From Ranitomeya imitator (lineage: Eukaryota): DNA of 64,000 nucleotides. The stretch lies in NCBI RefSeq assembly GCF_032444005.1, contig NC_091288.1, forward strand, positions 220,720,001 to 220,784,000, written 5' to 3'. Shown one piece after another: positions 46,001 to 58,000 of this stretch. Below the pieces are notes generated by a model. That model saw only the letters and a list, made by a program, of their open reading frames with translations, was not told where the DNA came from and did not search any database. How positions within the stretch are numbered: position 1 is the stretch's first letter; each line of letters starts with the position of its first letter. Both the position numbers and the translations under genes were made by a program.

Positions 46001-49000
46001 TTATATTCCTGTATATATGAGCAGTATTATAGTAGTTATATTCTTGTACATAGGGGCAGTATTATAGTAGTTATATTCTTGTACATAGGGGCAGTATTAT
46101 AGTAGTTATAGCCTTGTACATAGGAGCAGTATTATAGTAGTTATATTCTTGTACATAGGGGCAGTATTATAGTAGTTATATTCTTGTACATAGGGGCAGT
46201 ATTATAGTAGTTATATTCTTGTACATAGGAGCAGTATTATAGTAGTTATATTCCTGTATATATGAGCAGTATTATAGTAGTTATATTCTTGTACATAGGG
46301 GCAGTATTATAGTAGTTATATTCTTGTACATAGGAGCAGTATTATAGTAGTTATATTTTTGTACATAGGGGCAGTATTATAGTAGTTATATACTTGTACA
46401 TAGGAGCAGTATTATAGTAGTTATATTCTTGTACATAGGAGCGGTATTATAGTAGTTATATTCTTGTACATAGGAGCAGTATTATAGTAGTTATATTCCT
46501 GTATATATGAGCAGTATTATAGTAGTTATATTCTTGTACATAGGGGCAGTATTATAGTAGTTATATTCTTGTACATAGGGGCAGTATTATAGTAGTTATA
46601 GCCTTGTACATAGGAGCAGTATTATAGTAGTTATATTCTTGTACATAGGGGCAGTATTATAGTAGTTATATTCTTGTACATAGGGGCAGTATTATAGTAG
46701 TTATATTCTTGTACATAGGAGCAGTATTATAGTAGTTATATTCCTGTATATATGAGCAGTATTATAGTAGTTATATTCTTGTACATAGGGGCAGTATTAT
46801 AGTAGTTATATTCTTGTACATAGGGGCAGTATTATAGTAGTTATATTCCTGTATATATGAGCAGTATTATAGTAGCTATATTCTTGTACATAGGGGCAGT
46901 ATTATAGTAGTTATATTCTTGTACATAGGAGCAGTATTATAGTAGTTATATTCTTGTACATAGGGGCAGTATTATAGCAGTTATATTCTTGTATATAGGG
47001 GGCAGTATTATAGTAGTTATATTCTTGTACATAGGAGCAGTATTATAGTAGTTATATTCTTGTACATAGGGGCAGTATTATAGCAGTTATATTCTTGTAT
47101 ATAGGGGGCAGTATTATAGTAGTTATATTCTTGTACATAGGGGCAGTATTATAGTAGTTATATTCTTGTACATAGGAGCAGTATTATAGTAGTTATATTC
47201 TTGTACATAGGGGCAGTATTATAGTAGTTATATTCTTGTACATAGGGGCAGTATTATAGTAGTTATATTCTTGTACATAGGGGCAGTATTATAGGAGTTA
47301 TATTCTTGTACATATGGGCAGTATTATAGTAGTTATATTCTTGTACGTAGGGGCAGTATTATAGTAGTTATATTCTTGTACATAGGGGCAGTATTATAGT
47401 AGTTATATTCTTGTACATAGGGGCAGTATTATAGCAGTTATATTCTTGTACATAGAGGCAGTATTATAGCAGTTATATTCTTGTACATAGGGGCAGTATT
47501 ATAGCAGTTATATTCTTGTACATAGAGGCAGTATTATAGTAGTTATATTCTTGTACACAGGGGCAGTATTATAGTAGTTATATTCTTGTACACAGGGGCA
47601 GTATTATAGTAGTTATATTCTTGTACATAGGGGCAGTATTATAGTAGTTATATTCTTGTATATAGGGGCAGTATTATAGTAGTTATATTCTTGTATATAG
47701 GGGCAGTATTATAGTAGTTATATTCTTGTACATAGGGGCAGTATTATAGCAGTTATATTCTTGTACATAGAGGCAGTATTATAGTAGTTATATTCTTGTA
47801 CATAGGAGCAGCATTATAGTAGTTATATTCCTGTACATAGGGGCAGTATTATAGTAGTTATATTCTTGTACATAGGGGCAGTATTATAGTAGTTATATTC
47901 TTGTACATAGGAGCAGCATTATAGTAGTTATATTCCTGTACATAGGGGCAGTATTATAGTAGTTATATTCTTGTACATAGCGGCAGTATTATAGTAGTTA
48001 TATTCTTGTACATAGAGCAGTATTATAGTAGTTATATTCTTGTACATAGGGCAGTATTATAGTAGTTATATTCTTGTACATAGGGGCAGTATTATAGTAG
48101 TTATATTCTTGTACATAGGGGCAGTATTATAGCAGTTATATTCTTGTACATAGAGGCAGTATTATAGTAGTTATATTCTTGTACATAGGAGCAGCATTAT
48201 AGTAGTTATATTCCTGTACATAGGGGCAGTATTATAGTAGTTATATTCTTGTACATAGGGGCAGTATTATAGTAGTTATATTCTTGTACATAGGAGCAGC
48301 ATTATAGTAGTTATATTCCTGTACATAGGGGCAGTATTATAGTAGTTATATTCTTGTACATAGCGGCAGTATTATAGTAGTTATATTCTTGTACATAGAG
48401 CAGTATTATAGTAGTTATATTCTTGTACATAGGGCAGTATTATAGTAGTTATATTCTTGTACATAGGGGCAGTATTATAGTAGTTATATTCTTGTACATA
48501 GAGGCAGTATTATAGTAGTTATATTCTTGTACATAGCGGCAGTATTATAGTAGTTATATTCTTGTACATAGAGCAGTATTATAGTAGTTATATTCTTGTA
48601 CAAAGGGCAGTATTATAGTAGTTATATTCTTGTACATAGGGGCAGTATTATAGTAGTTATATTCTTGTACATAGGGGCAGTATTATAGTAGTTATATTCT
48701 TGTACATAGGGGCAGTATTATAGTAGTTATATTCTTGTACATGGGGGCAGTATTATAGTATTCATATTCTTGTACATAGGAGCAGTATTATAGTAGTTAT
48801 ATTCTTGTACATAGGAGCAGTATTATAGTAGTTATATTCTTGTACATAGGAGCAGTATTATAGTAGTTATAGCCTTGTACATAGGAGCAGTATTATAGTA
48901 GTTATATTCTTGTACATAGGGGCAGTATTATAGTAGTTATATTCTTGTACATAGGAGCAGTATTATAGTAGTTATATTCTTGTACATAGGGGCAGTATTA

Positions 49001-52000
49001 TAGTAGTTATATTCTTGTACATAGGGGCAGCATTATAGTAGTTATATTCTTGTACATAGGGAGCAGTATTATAGTAGTTATATTCTGGTACATAGGAGCA
49101 GTATTATAGTAGTTATATTCTTGTACATAGGAGCAGTATTATAGTAGTTATATTCTTGTACATAGGAGCAGTATTATAGTAGTTATATTTTTGTACATAG
49201 GGACAGTATTACAGTATATAAATAACAGAAATACAAACTGAACAGGTGCATACCAAAAAAAGCAACTTATATATCAAAATACGAAAATGGTTGCCCTCAA
49301 TTGTCTAAAGCATGTCAATGTAAAATAGATGAAGTGGGAATAGCAAAATGACTTTTGAAATTTAGGTAAAAGACACGAGACGTTTATCACAACATTTGGG
49401 TAAATAATGTGAGCCCATCCACCATGGTCAAGGTAATCTCATGAATCTGATGGGTCCCTTACCTACCTGCCACGTGTGAACACTTGCCTATGGCTAATAT
49501 CTGAATGCGTGGGTGAACATAAACACCTCTCTAGGTAAAGCCTACATTGATGAGTTGGTCGGAACGTAATGTGATTAGATGTAATTAAAGTCACTAATGT
49601 TGGAGTGTGACAGCCTGAGGGTGTGCACAGGTGTCTTTTATACTGATAACAAGATCAAACAGGTGCCATTACTACAGGTAATGAGTGGAGGACAGAGGAG
49701 CCTCTTAAAGAAGAAGTCACAGGTCAGTGAGAGACAGAAATCTTCCATGTTTTTCAGTGACCAAATACTTATTTTCCACTATAATTGGCAAAATCAATCT
49801 TACCAATTCAGACAAGGTGATCTTCTGGATTCGTTTTCTCATTTTGACTCTCATAGATGTGGTTTACATACGATGTCAATTACAGGCCGCTCTCATCTTT
49901 ATAAGTGGGAGAATTTGTACAATTGGTGGCTGACTAAATACTATTTTTCCCAACTGTATATTCTTGTACATAGGGATCAGTATTGTAATGTATGTACACA
50001 GTGACTGCACCAGCAGAATAGTGAGTGCAGCTCTGGAGTATAATACAGGATGTAACTCAGGATCAGTAATGTAATGTATGTACACAGTGAGTGCACCAGC
50101 AGAATAGTGAGTGCAGCTCTGGGGTATAATACAGGATGTAACTCAGGATCAGTAATGTAATGTATGTACACAGTGACTGTACCAGCAGAATAGTGAGTGC
50201 AGCTCTGGAGTATAATACAGGATGTAACTCAGGATCAGTAATGTAATGTATGTACACAGTGACTGCACCAGCAGAATAGTGAGTGCAGCTCTGGAGTATA
50301 ATACAGGAGGTAACTCAGGATCAGTAATGTAATGTATGTACACAGTGACTGCACCAGCAGAATAGTGAGTGCAGCTCTGGGGTATAATACAGGAGGTAAC
50401 TCAGGATCAGTAATGTAATGTATGTACACAGTGACTGCACCAGCAGAATAGTGAGTGCAGCTCTGGAGTATAATACAGGATGTAACTCAGGATCAGTAAT
50501 GTAATGTATGTACACAGTGACTGCACCAGCAGAATAGTGAGTGCAGCTCTGGAGTATAATACAGGATGTAACTCAGGATCAGTAATGTAATGTATGTACA
50601 CAGTGACTGCACCAGCAGAATAGTGAGTGCAGCTCTGGGGTATAATACAGGAGGTAACTCAGGATCAGTATTGTAATGTATGTACACAGTGACTGCACCA
50701 GCAGAATAGTGAGTGCAGCTCTGGAGTATAATACAGGATGTAACTCAGGATCAGTAATGTAATGTATGTACACAGTGACTGCACCAGCAGAATAGTGAGT
50801 GCAGCTCTGGAGTATAATACAGGAGGTAACTCAGGATCAGTAATGTAATGTATGTACACAGTGACTACACCAGCAGAATAGTGAGCGCAGCTCTGGAGTA
50901 TAATACAGGAGGTAACACAGGATCAGTAATGTAATGTATGTACACAGTGACTGCACCAGCAGAATAGTGAGTGCAGCTCTGGGGTATAATACAGGATGTA
51001 ACTCAGGATCAGTAATGTATGTACACAGTGACTGCACCAGCAGAATAGTGAGTGCAGCTCTGGGGTATAATACAGGATGTAACTCAGGATCAGTAATGTA
51101 ATGTATGTACACAGTGACTGCACCAGCAGAATAGTGAGTGCAGTTCTGGAGTATAATACAGGATGTAACTCAGGATCAGTAATGTAATGTATGTACACAG
51201 TGACTGCACCAGCAGAATAGTGAGTGCAGCTATGGCGTATAATACAGGATGTAACTCAGGATCAGTAATGTAATGTATGTACACAGTGACTGCACCAGCA
51301 GAATAGTGAGTGCAGCTCTGGGGTATAATACAGGATGTAACTCAGGATCAGTAATGTAATGTATGTACACAGTGACTGCACCAGCAGAATAGTGAGTGCA
51401 GCTCTGGGGTATAATACAGGATGTAACTCAGGATCAGTTATGTAATGTATGTACACAGTGACTGCACCAGCAGAATAGTGAGTGCAGTTCTGGAGTATAA
51501 TACAGGATGTAACTCAGGATCAGTAATGTAATGTATGTACACAGTGACTGCACCAGCAGAATAGTGAGTGCAGCTCTGGAGTATAATATAGGATGTAACT
51601 CAGGATCAGTAATGTAATGTATGTACACAGTGACTGCACCAGCAGAATAGTGAGTGCAGTTCTGGAGTATAATACAGGATGTAACTCAGGATCAGTAATG
51701 TAATGTATGTACACAGTGACTGCACCAGCAGAATAGTGAGTGCAGCTCTGGAGTATAATATAGGATGTAACTCAGGATCAGTAATGTAATGTATGTACAC
51801 AGTGACTGCACCAGCAGAATAGTGAGTGCAGCTCTGGAGTATAATACAGGATGTAACTCAGGATCAGTAATGTAATGTATGTACACAGTGACTGCACCAG
51901 CAGAATAGTGAGTGCAGCTCTGGGGTATAATACAGGATGTAACTCAGGATCAGTAATGTAATGTATGTACACAGTGACTGCACCAGCAGAATAGTGAGTG

Positions 52001-55000
52001 CAGCTCTGGGGTATAATACAGGATGTAACTCAGGATCAGTAATGTAATGTATGTACACAGTGACTGCACCAGCAGAATAGTGAGTGCAGCTCTGGGGTAT
52101 AATACAGGATGTAACTCAGGATCAGTAATGTAATGTATGTACACAGTGACTGCACCAGCAGAATAGTGAGTGCAGCTCTGGGGTATAATACAGGATGTAA
52201 CTCCGGATCAGTAATGTAATATATGTACACAGTGACTGCACCAGCAGAATAGTGAGTGCAGCTCTGGAGTATAATATAGGATGTAACTCAGGATCAGTAA
52301 TGTAATGTATGTACACAGTGACTGCACCAGCAGAATAGTGAGTGCAGTTCTGGAGTATAATACAGGATGTAACTCAGGATCAGTAATGTTATGTATGTAC
52401 ACAGTGACTGCACCAGCAGAATAGTGAGTGCAGCTCTGGAGTATAATACAGGATGTAACTCAGGATCAGTAATGTAATGTATGTACACAGTGACTGCACC
52501 AGCAGAATAGTGAGTGCAGCTCTGGGGTATAATACAGGATGTAACTCAGGATCAGTAATGTAATATATGTACACAGTGACAGCACCAGCAGAATAGTGAG
52601 TGCAGCTCTGGGGTATAATACAGGATGTAACTCAGGATCAGTAATGTAATATATGTACACAGTGACAGCACCAGCAGAATAGTGAGTGCAGCTCTGGGGT
52701 ATAATACAGGATGTAACTCAGGATCAGTAATGTAATGTATGTACACTGTGACTGCACCAGCAGAATAGTGAGTGCAGCTCTGGGGTATAATACAGGATGT
52801 AACTCAGGATCAGTAATGTAATGTATGTGCACAGTGACTGCACCAGCAGAATAGTGAGTGCAGCTCTGGCGTATAATACAGGATGTAACTCAGGATCAGT
52901 AATGTAATGTATGTACACAGTGACAGCACCAGCAGAATAGTGAGTGCAGCTCTGGAGTATAATACAGTATGTAACTCAGGATCAGTAATGTAATGTATGT
53001 ACACAGTGACTGCACCAGCAGAATATTGAGTGCAGCTCTGGCGTATAATACAGGATGTAACTCAGGATCAGTAATGTAATATATGTACACAGTGACTGCA
53101 CCAGCAGAATAGTGAGTGCAGCTCTGGGGTATAATACATGATGTAACTCAGGATCAGTAATGTAATGTATGTGCACAGTGACTGCACCAGCAGAATAGTG
53201 AGTGCAGCTCTGGCGTATAATACAGGATGTAACTCAGGATCAGTAATGTAATGTATGTACACAGTGACAGCACCAGCAGAATAGTGAGTGCAGCTCTGGG
53301 GTATAATACAGGATGTAACTCAGGATCAGTAATGTAATATATGTACACAGTGACAGCACCAGCAGAATAGTGAGTGCAGCTCTGGGGTATAATACAGGAT
53401 GTAACTCAGGATCAGTAATGTAATGTATGTACACTGTGACTGCACCAGCAGAATAGTGAGTGCAGCTCTGGGGTATAATACAGGATGTAACTCAGGATCA
53501 GTAATGTAATGTATGTACACAGTGACTGCACCAGCAGAATAGTGAGTGCAGCTATGTCGTATAATACAGGATGTAACTCAGGATCAGTAATGTAATGTAT
53601 GTACACAGTGACAGCACCAGCAGAATAGTGAGTGCAGCTCTGGCGTATAATACAGGATGTAACTCAGGATCAGTAATGTAATGTATGTACACAGTGACAG
53701 CACCAGCAGAATAGTGACTGCAGCTCTGGAGTATAATACAGGAGGTAACTCAGGATCAGTAATGTATGTACACAGTGACTGCACCAGCAGAATAGTGAGT
53801 GCAGCTCTGGGGTATAATACAGGATGTAACTCAGGATCAGTAATGTAATGTATGTACACAGTGACTGCACCAGCAGAATAGTGAGTGCAGCTCTGGGGTA
53901 TAATACAGGATGTAACTCAGGATCAGTAATGTAATGTATGTACACAGTGACTGCTCCAGCATAATAGTGAGTGCAGCTCTGGGGTATAATAAAGGATGTA
54001 ACTCAGGATCAGTAATGTAATGTATGTACACAGTGACTGCACCAGCAGAATAGTGAGTGCAGCTCTGGGGTATAATACAGGATGTAACTCAGGATCAGTA
54101 ATGTAATGTATGTACACAGTGACTGCACCAGCAGAATAGTGAGTGCAGCTCTGGGGTATAATACAGGATGTAACTCAGGATCAGTAATGTAATGTATGTA
54201 CACAGTGACTGCACCAGCAGAATAGTAAGTGCAGCTCTGGGGTATAATACAGGACGTAACTCAGGATCAGTAATGTAATGTATGTACACAGTGACTGCAC
54301 CAGCAGAATAGTGAGTGCAGCTTTGGGGTATAATACAGGATGTAACTCAGGATCAGTAATGTAATGTATGTACCCAGTGACTGCACCAGCAGAATAGTGA
54401 GTGCAGCTCTGGGGTATAATACAGGAGGTAACTCAGGATCAGTAATGTAATGTATGTACACAGTGACTGCACCAGCAGAATAGTGAGCGCAGCTCTGGGG
54501 TATAATACAGGATGTAACTCAGGATCAGTAATGTAATGTATGTACACAGTGACTCTTTGGTTTGTTTATCTCAGTTGTATGAGCTGTACGTGTTTGTGTG
54601 ACTTCAGTTATTGATATTGGTGTCTGTTTGTTTCTTTAGATAAACTTCTCTTTGTTTTTTTACCTAGGGCACAATTTTTGTGTATCTTCTTTACTTATAT
54701 GTGACCAGTAGATGTCAGTGTTCTCTGCATTTAGTGTGTCCATTTAGCTTTCATGCACCAGTCTTCAGGCGCTTTCACACTGAGCTCGCACTCGTTCTTT
54801 GGTCTCATTCCTTGATTTTATTCTTTGGTCTCATTCCTTGATCTCGTTCCTTGGTCTTGTTCCTTGGTCTTGTTCCTTGGTCTTGTTCCTTGGTCTCGTT
54901 CCTTGGTCTCGTTCCTTGGTCTCGTTCCTTGGTCTCGTTCCTTGGTCTCGTTCCTTGGTCTCGTTCCTTGGTCTCGTTCCTTGGTCTCGTTCATTGATTT

Positions 55001-58000
55001 TATTCTTTGGTCTCGTTCTTTGGTCTCGTTCCTTGGTCTCGTTCCTTGGTCTCGTTCCTTGGTCTCGTTCCTTGGTCTCGTTCATTGATTTTATTCTTTG
55101 GTCTCGTTCTTTGGTCTCGTTCCTTGGTTTCGTTCCTTGGTCTCGTTCCTTGGTCTCGTTCCTTGGTCTCGTTCATTGATTTTATTCTTTGGTCTCGTTC
55201 TTTGGTCTCGTTCCTTGGTCTCGTTCCTTGGTCTCGTTCCTTGGTCTCGTTCATTGATTTTATTCTTTGGTCTCGTTCTTTGGTCTCGTTCCTTGGTCTT
55301 GTTCCTTGGTCTCGTTCCTTGGTCTCGTTCCTTGGTCTCGTTCCTTGGTCTCGTTCCTTGGTCTCGTTCATTGATTTTATTCTTTGGTCTCGTTCTTTGG
55401 TCTCGTTCCTTGGTCTCGTTCCTTGGTCTCGTTCCTTGGTCTCGTTCATTGATTTTATTCTTTGGTCTCGTTCCTTGGTCTCGTTCCTTGGTCTCGTTCC
55501 TTGGTCTCGTTCCTTGGTCTCGTTCCTTGGTCTCGTTCCTTGGTCTCGTTCCTTGGTCTCGTTCCTTGGTCTCGTTCCTTGGTCTCGTTCCTTGGTCTCG
55601 TTCCTTGGTCTCGTTCATTGATTTTATTCTTTGGTCTCGTTCTTTGGTCTCGTTCCTTGGTCTCGTTCCTTGGTCTCGTTCCTTGGTCTCTGTCTTTGGT
55701 CTCATTCCTTGGTCTCGTTCCTTGGTCTCGTTCTTTGGTCTCGTTCCTTGGTCTCGTTCCTTGGTCTCGTTCCTTGGTCTCGTTCCTTGGTCTCGTTCCT
55801 TGGTCTCGTTCCTTGGTCTCGTTCCTTGGTCTCTGTCCTTGGTCTCATTCCTTGGTCTCTGTCCTTGGTCTCGTTCCTTGGTCTCTGTCCTTGGTCTCTG
55901 TCCTTGGTCTCGTTCCTTGGTCTCGTTCCTTGGTCTCTGTCCTTGGTCTCATTCTTTGGTCTCATTCTTTGGTCTCATTCCTTGGTCTTACCGGAGCTTA
56001 TGTCCGACCTCTCACACAAAATGGGATTCGGGTGTTTTTTGCCTTAGGGCAGGGGTCCCCAACTCCAGTCCTCAAGGCCCACCAACAGGTCATGTTTTCA
56101 GGATTTCCTTTGCATTGCACAGGTGATGCAATTATTACCTGGGCAAGACTAAGGAAATCCTGAAAACATGACATGTTGGTGGGCCTTGAGGACTGGAGTT
56201 GGGGACCCCTGCCTTAGGGACCCCAGGTTGTTATGGTGCTGACAGTGACCGTGTGCTCTGTCGTGCATCATTTTCAGGCATGTACGCCTACTGGAGGTGG
56301 ACACATAGATAAAGTAAGTGCCAGAACACAGAGTGAAAAAACCCTAAGAATTAAAGAATAATTTACAGTGATTCGCACTGTGTTTAAAACATTTTTGCAT
56401 TTTTCCTCACTTGCCAACATCTTGTTGTCAATTGTAATTTTATTTTTATTTAGCCAAAATCAGATGTAAACTAATTAATAAATGTTTAGGTTTCTCTTTT
56501 ACACATGGACATCAGTGAGAAAAGTGATAAATTGTTTTAGAAGTCTGTTCCTTTTCTATCTTTACTGTTTCTCTTTATCCTGACCTTCACCACTTCCTTT
56601 TTTTCTTCTCGCTTTTTTCATACTTTCTTTGTCTTTTATCACTGTCCTAGTTCTTCTTAACACTTGGTCTTTCTTCTTGTTCTCTATCTCTTGCTTTGTT
56701 CTTCTTCACTTTTTAATTTTTATTTATTTTCTTCTTGCATTTTATCACTTTGTTCTTGATTTGTATTCAGCCATTGTTCCTTTTCTTTTGCATCGTACCT
56801 CGTTGTTCCTCCTCTTCTGCGTCACGCCCCATCATCCCTCTTCTGCTTTGTGCCCCATCGTCCCTCCTCTTCAGTGTCGCGCCCCGTCGTCCCTCCTCTT
56901 CAGCATCGCGCCCCGTCATCCCTCCTCTTCCTTGCCGCGCCCAGTCGTCCCACCTCTTCTGCATCATACCTCGTTGTACTCCCTCTTCTGCTTCACACCT
57001 CCTCACTCCTCCCCTTCTGCATCGCACCCCCTTTTCTGCATCATTCCTTGTCATACCTTCTCTTCTCCTTCATACCTAGTCTTTACTCCTCTTCGTATCT
57101 TGTTGTACCTCCTCTGCTGCGTCGTGCCTCCTTGTTACTCTTTTTCTGCATCATGCTTCATTCGTTACTCTTCTTCTGCATCATGCTTCATCGTTACTCT
57201 TCTTCTGCATCATGCTTCATCGTTACTCTTCTTCTGCATTATGCTTCATCGTTACTCTTCTTCTGCATTATGCTTCATCGTTACTCTTCTTCTGCATTAT
57301 GCTTCATCGTTACTCTTCTTCTGCATTATGCTTCATCGTTACTCTTCTTCTGCATTATGCTTCATCATTACTCTTCTTCTGCATTATGCTTCATCATTAC
57401 TCCTCTTCTGCATCATTCCTTCTCTTCTCTGTCGTATATTGTTGAACCTCCTCTTCTGCATCATGCCTCTACATTCCTCCTCTTCTGTGTCATGCCTCCT
57501 GGTGCCTCTTCTTCTGCATCATGCTTCGTTACTCCTCTTCTGCATCATTCCTTCCCTTCTCTGTCGTATATTGTTGTACCACTTCTTCTGCATCATACCT
57601 CATCATTCCTCCTCTTCTCCTTCGTATCTCGTTGTACCTCCTCTTGTTGTGTCTCATCGCTCTTCCTCTGCTGCGCCATGCCTCCTCGTTCTTCTTCTGC
57701 GTCATGCCTCCTTGTTCCTCTTCTTCTGCATCATGCCTTTTCATTCCTCCTCTTCTGTGTCATGCCTAATCGTTTCTCCTCTTCTGCGTCATGCCTCCTC
57801 GTTCCTCTTCTTCTGTGTCATGCCTGATTGTTCCTCCTCTTCGGCATCATGCCTCATCGTTCTTCCTCTTCTGCATTGTACCTCGTCATTCCTCCTCTTC
57901 TCCGTCGTATCTCTTTGTATCTCCTCTTCTGCATCGCACCTCCTTGCTCCTCCTCTACTGCGTCATGCCTCCTCGTCTTTCCTCTTCTGCATTGTACCTC

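Noticed and set aside
11078-54555. CRISPR-like repeat arrays
   Set aside because: Units are head-to-tail with no unique spacers and no cas genes, in a spliceosomal-intron eukaryotic context.
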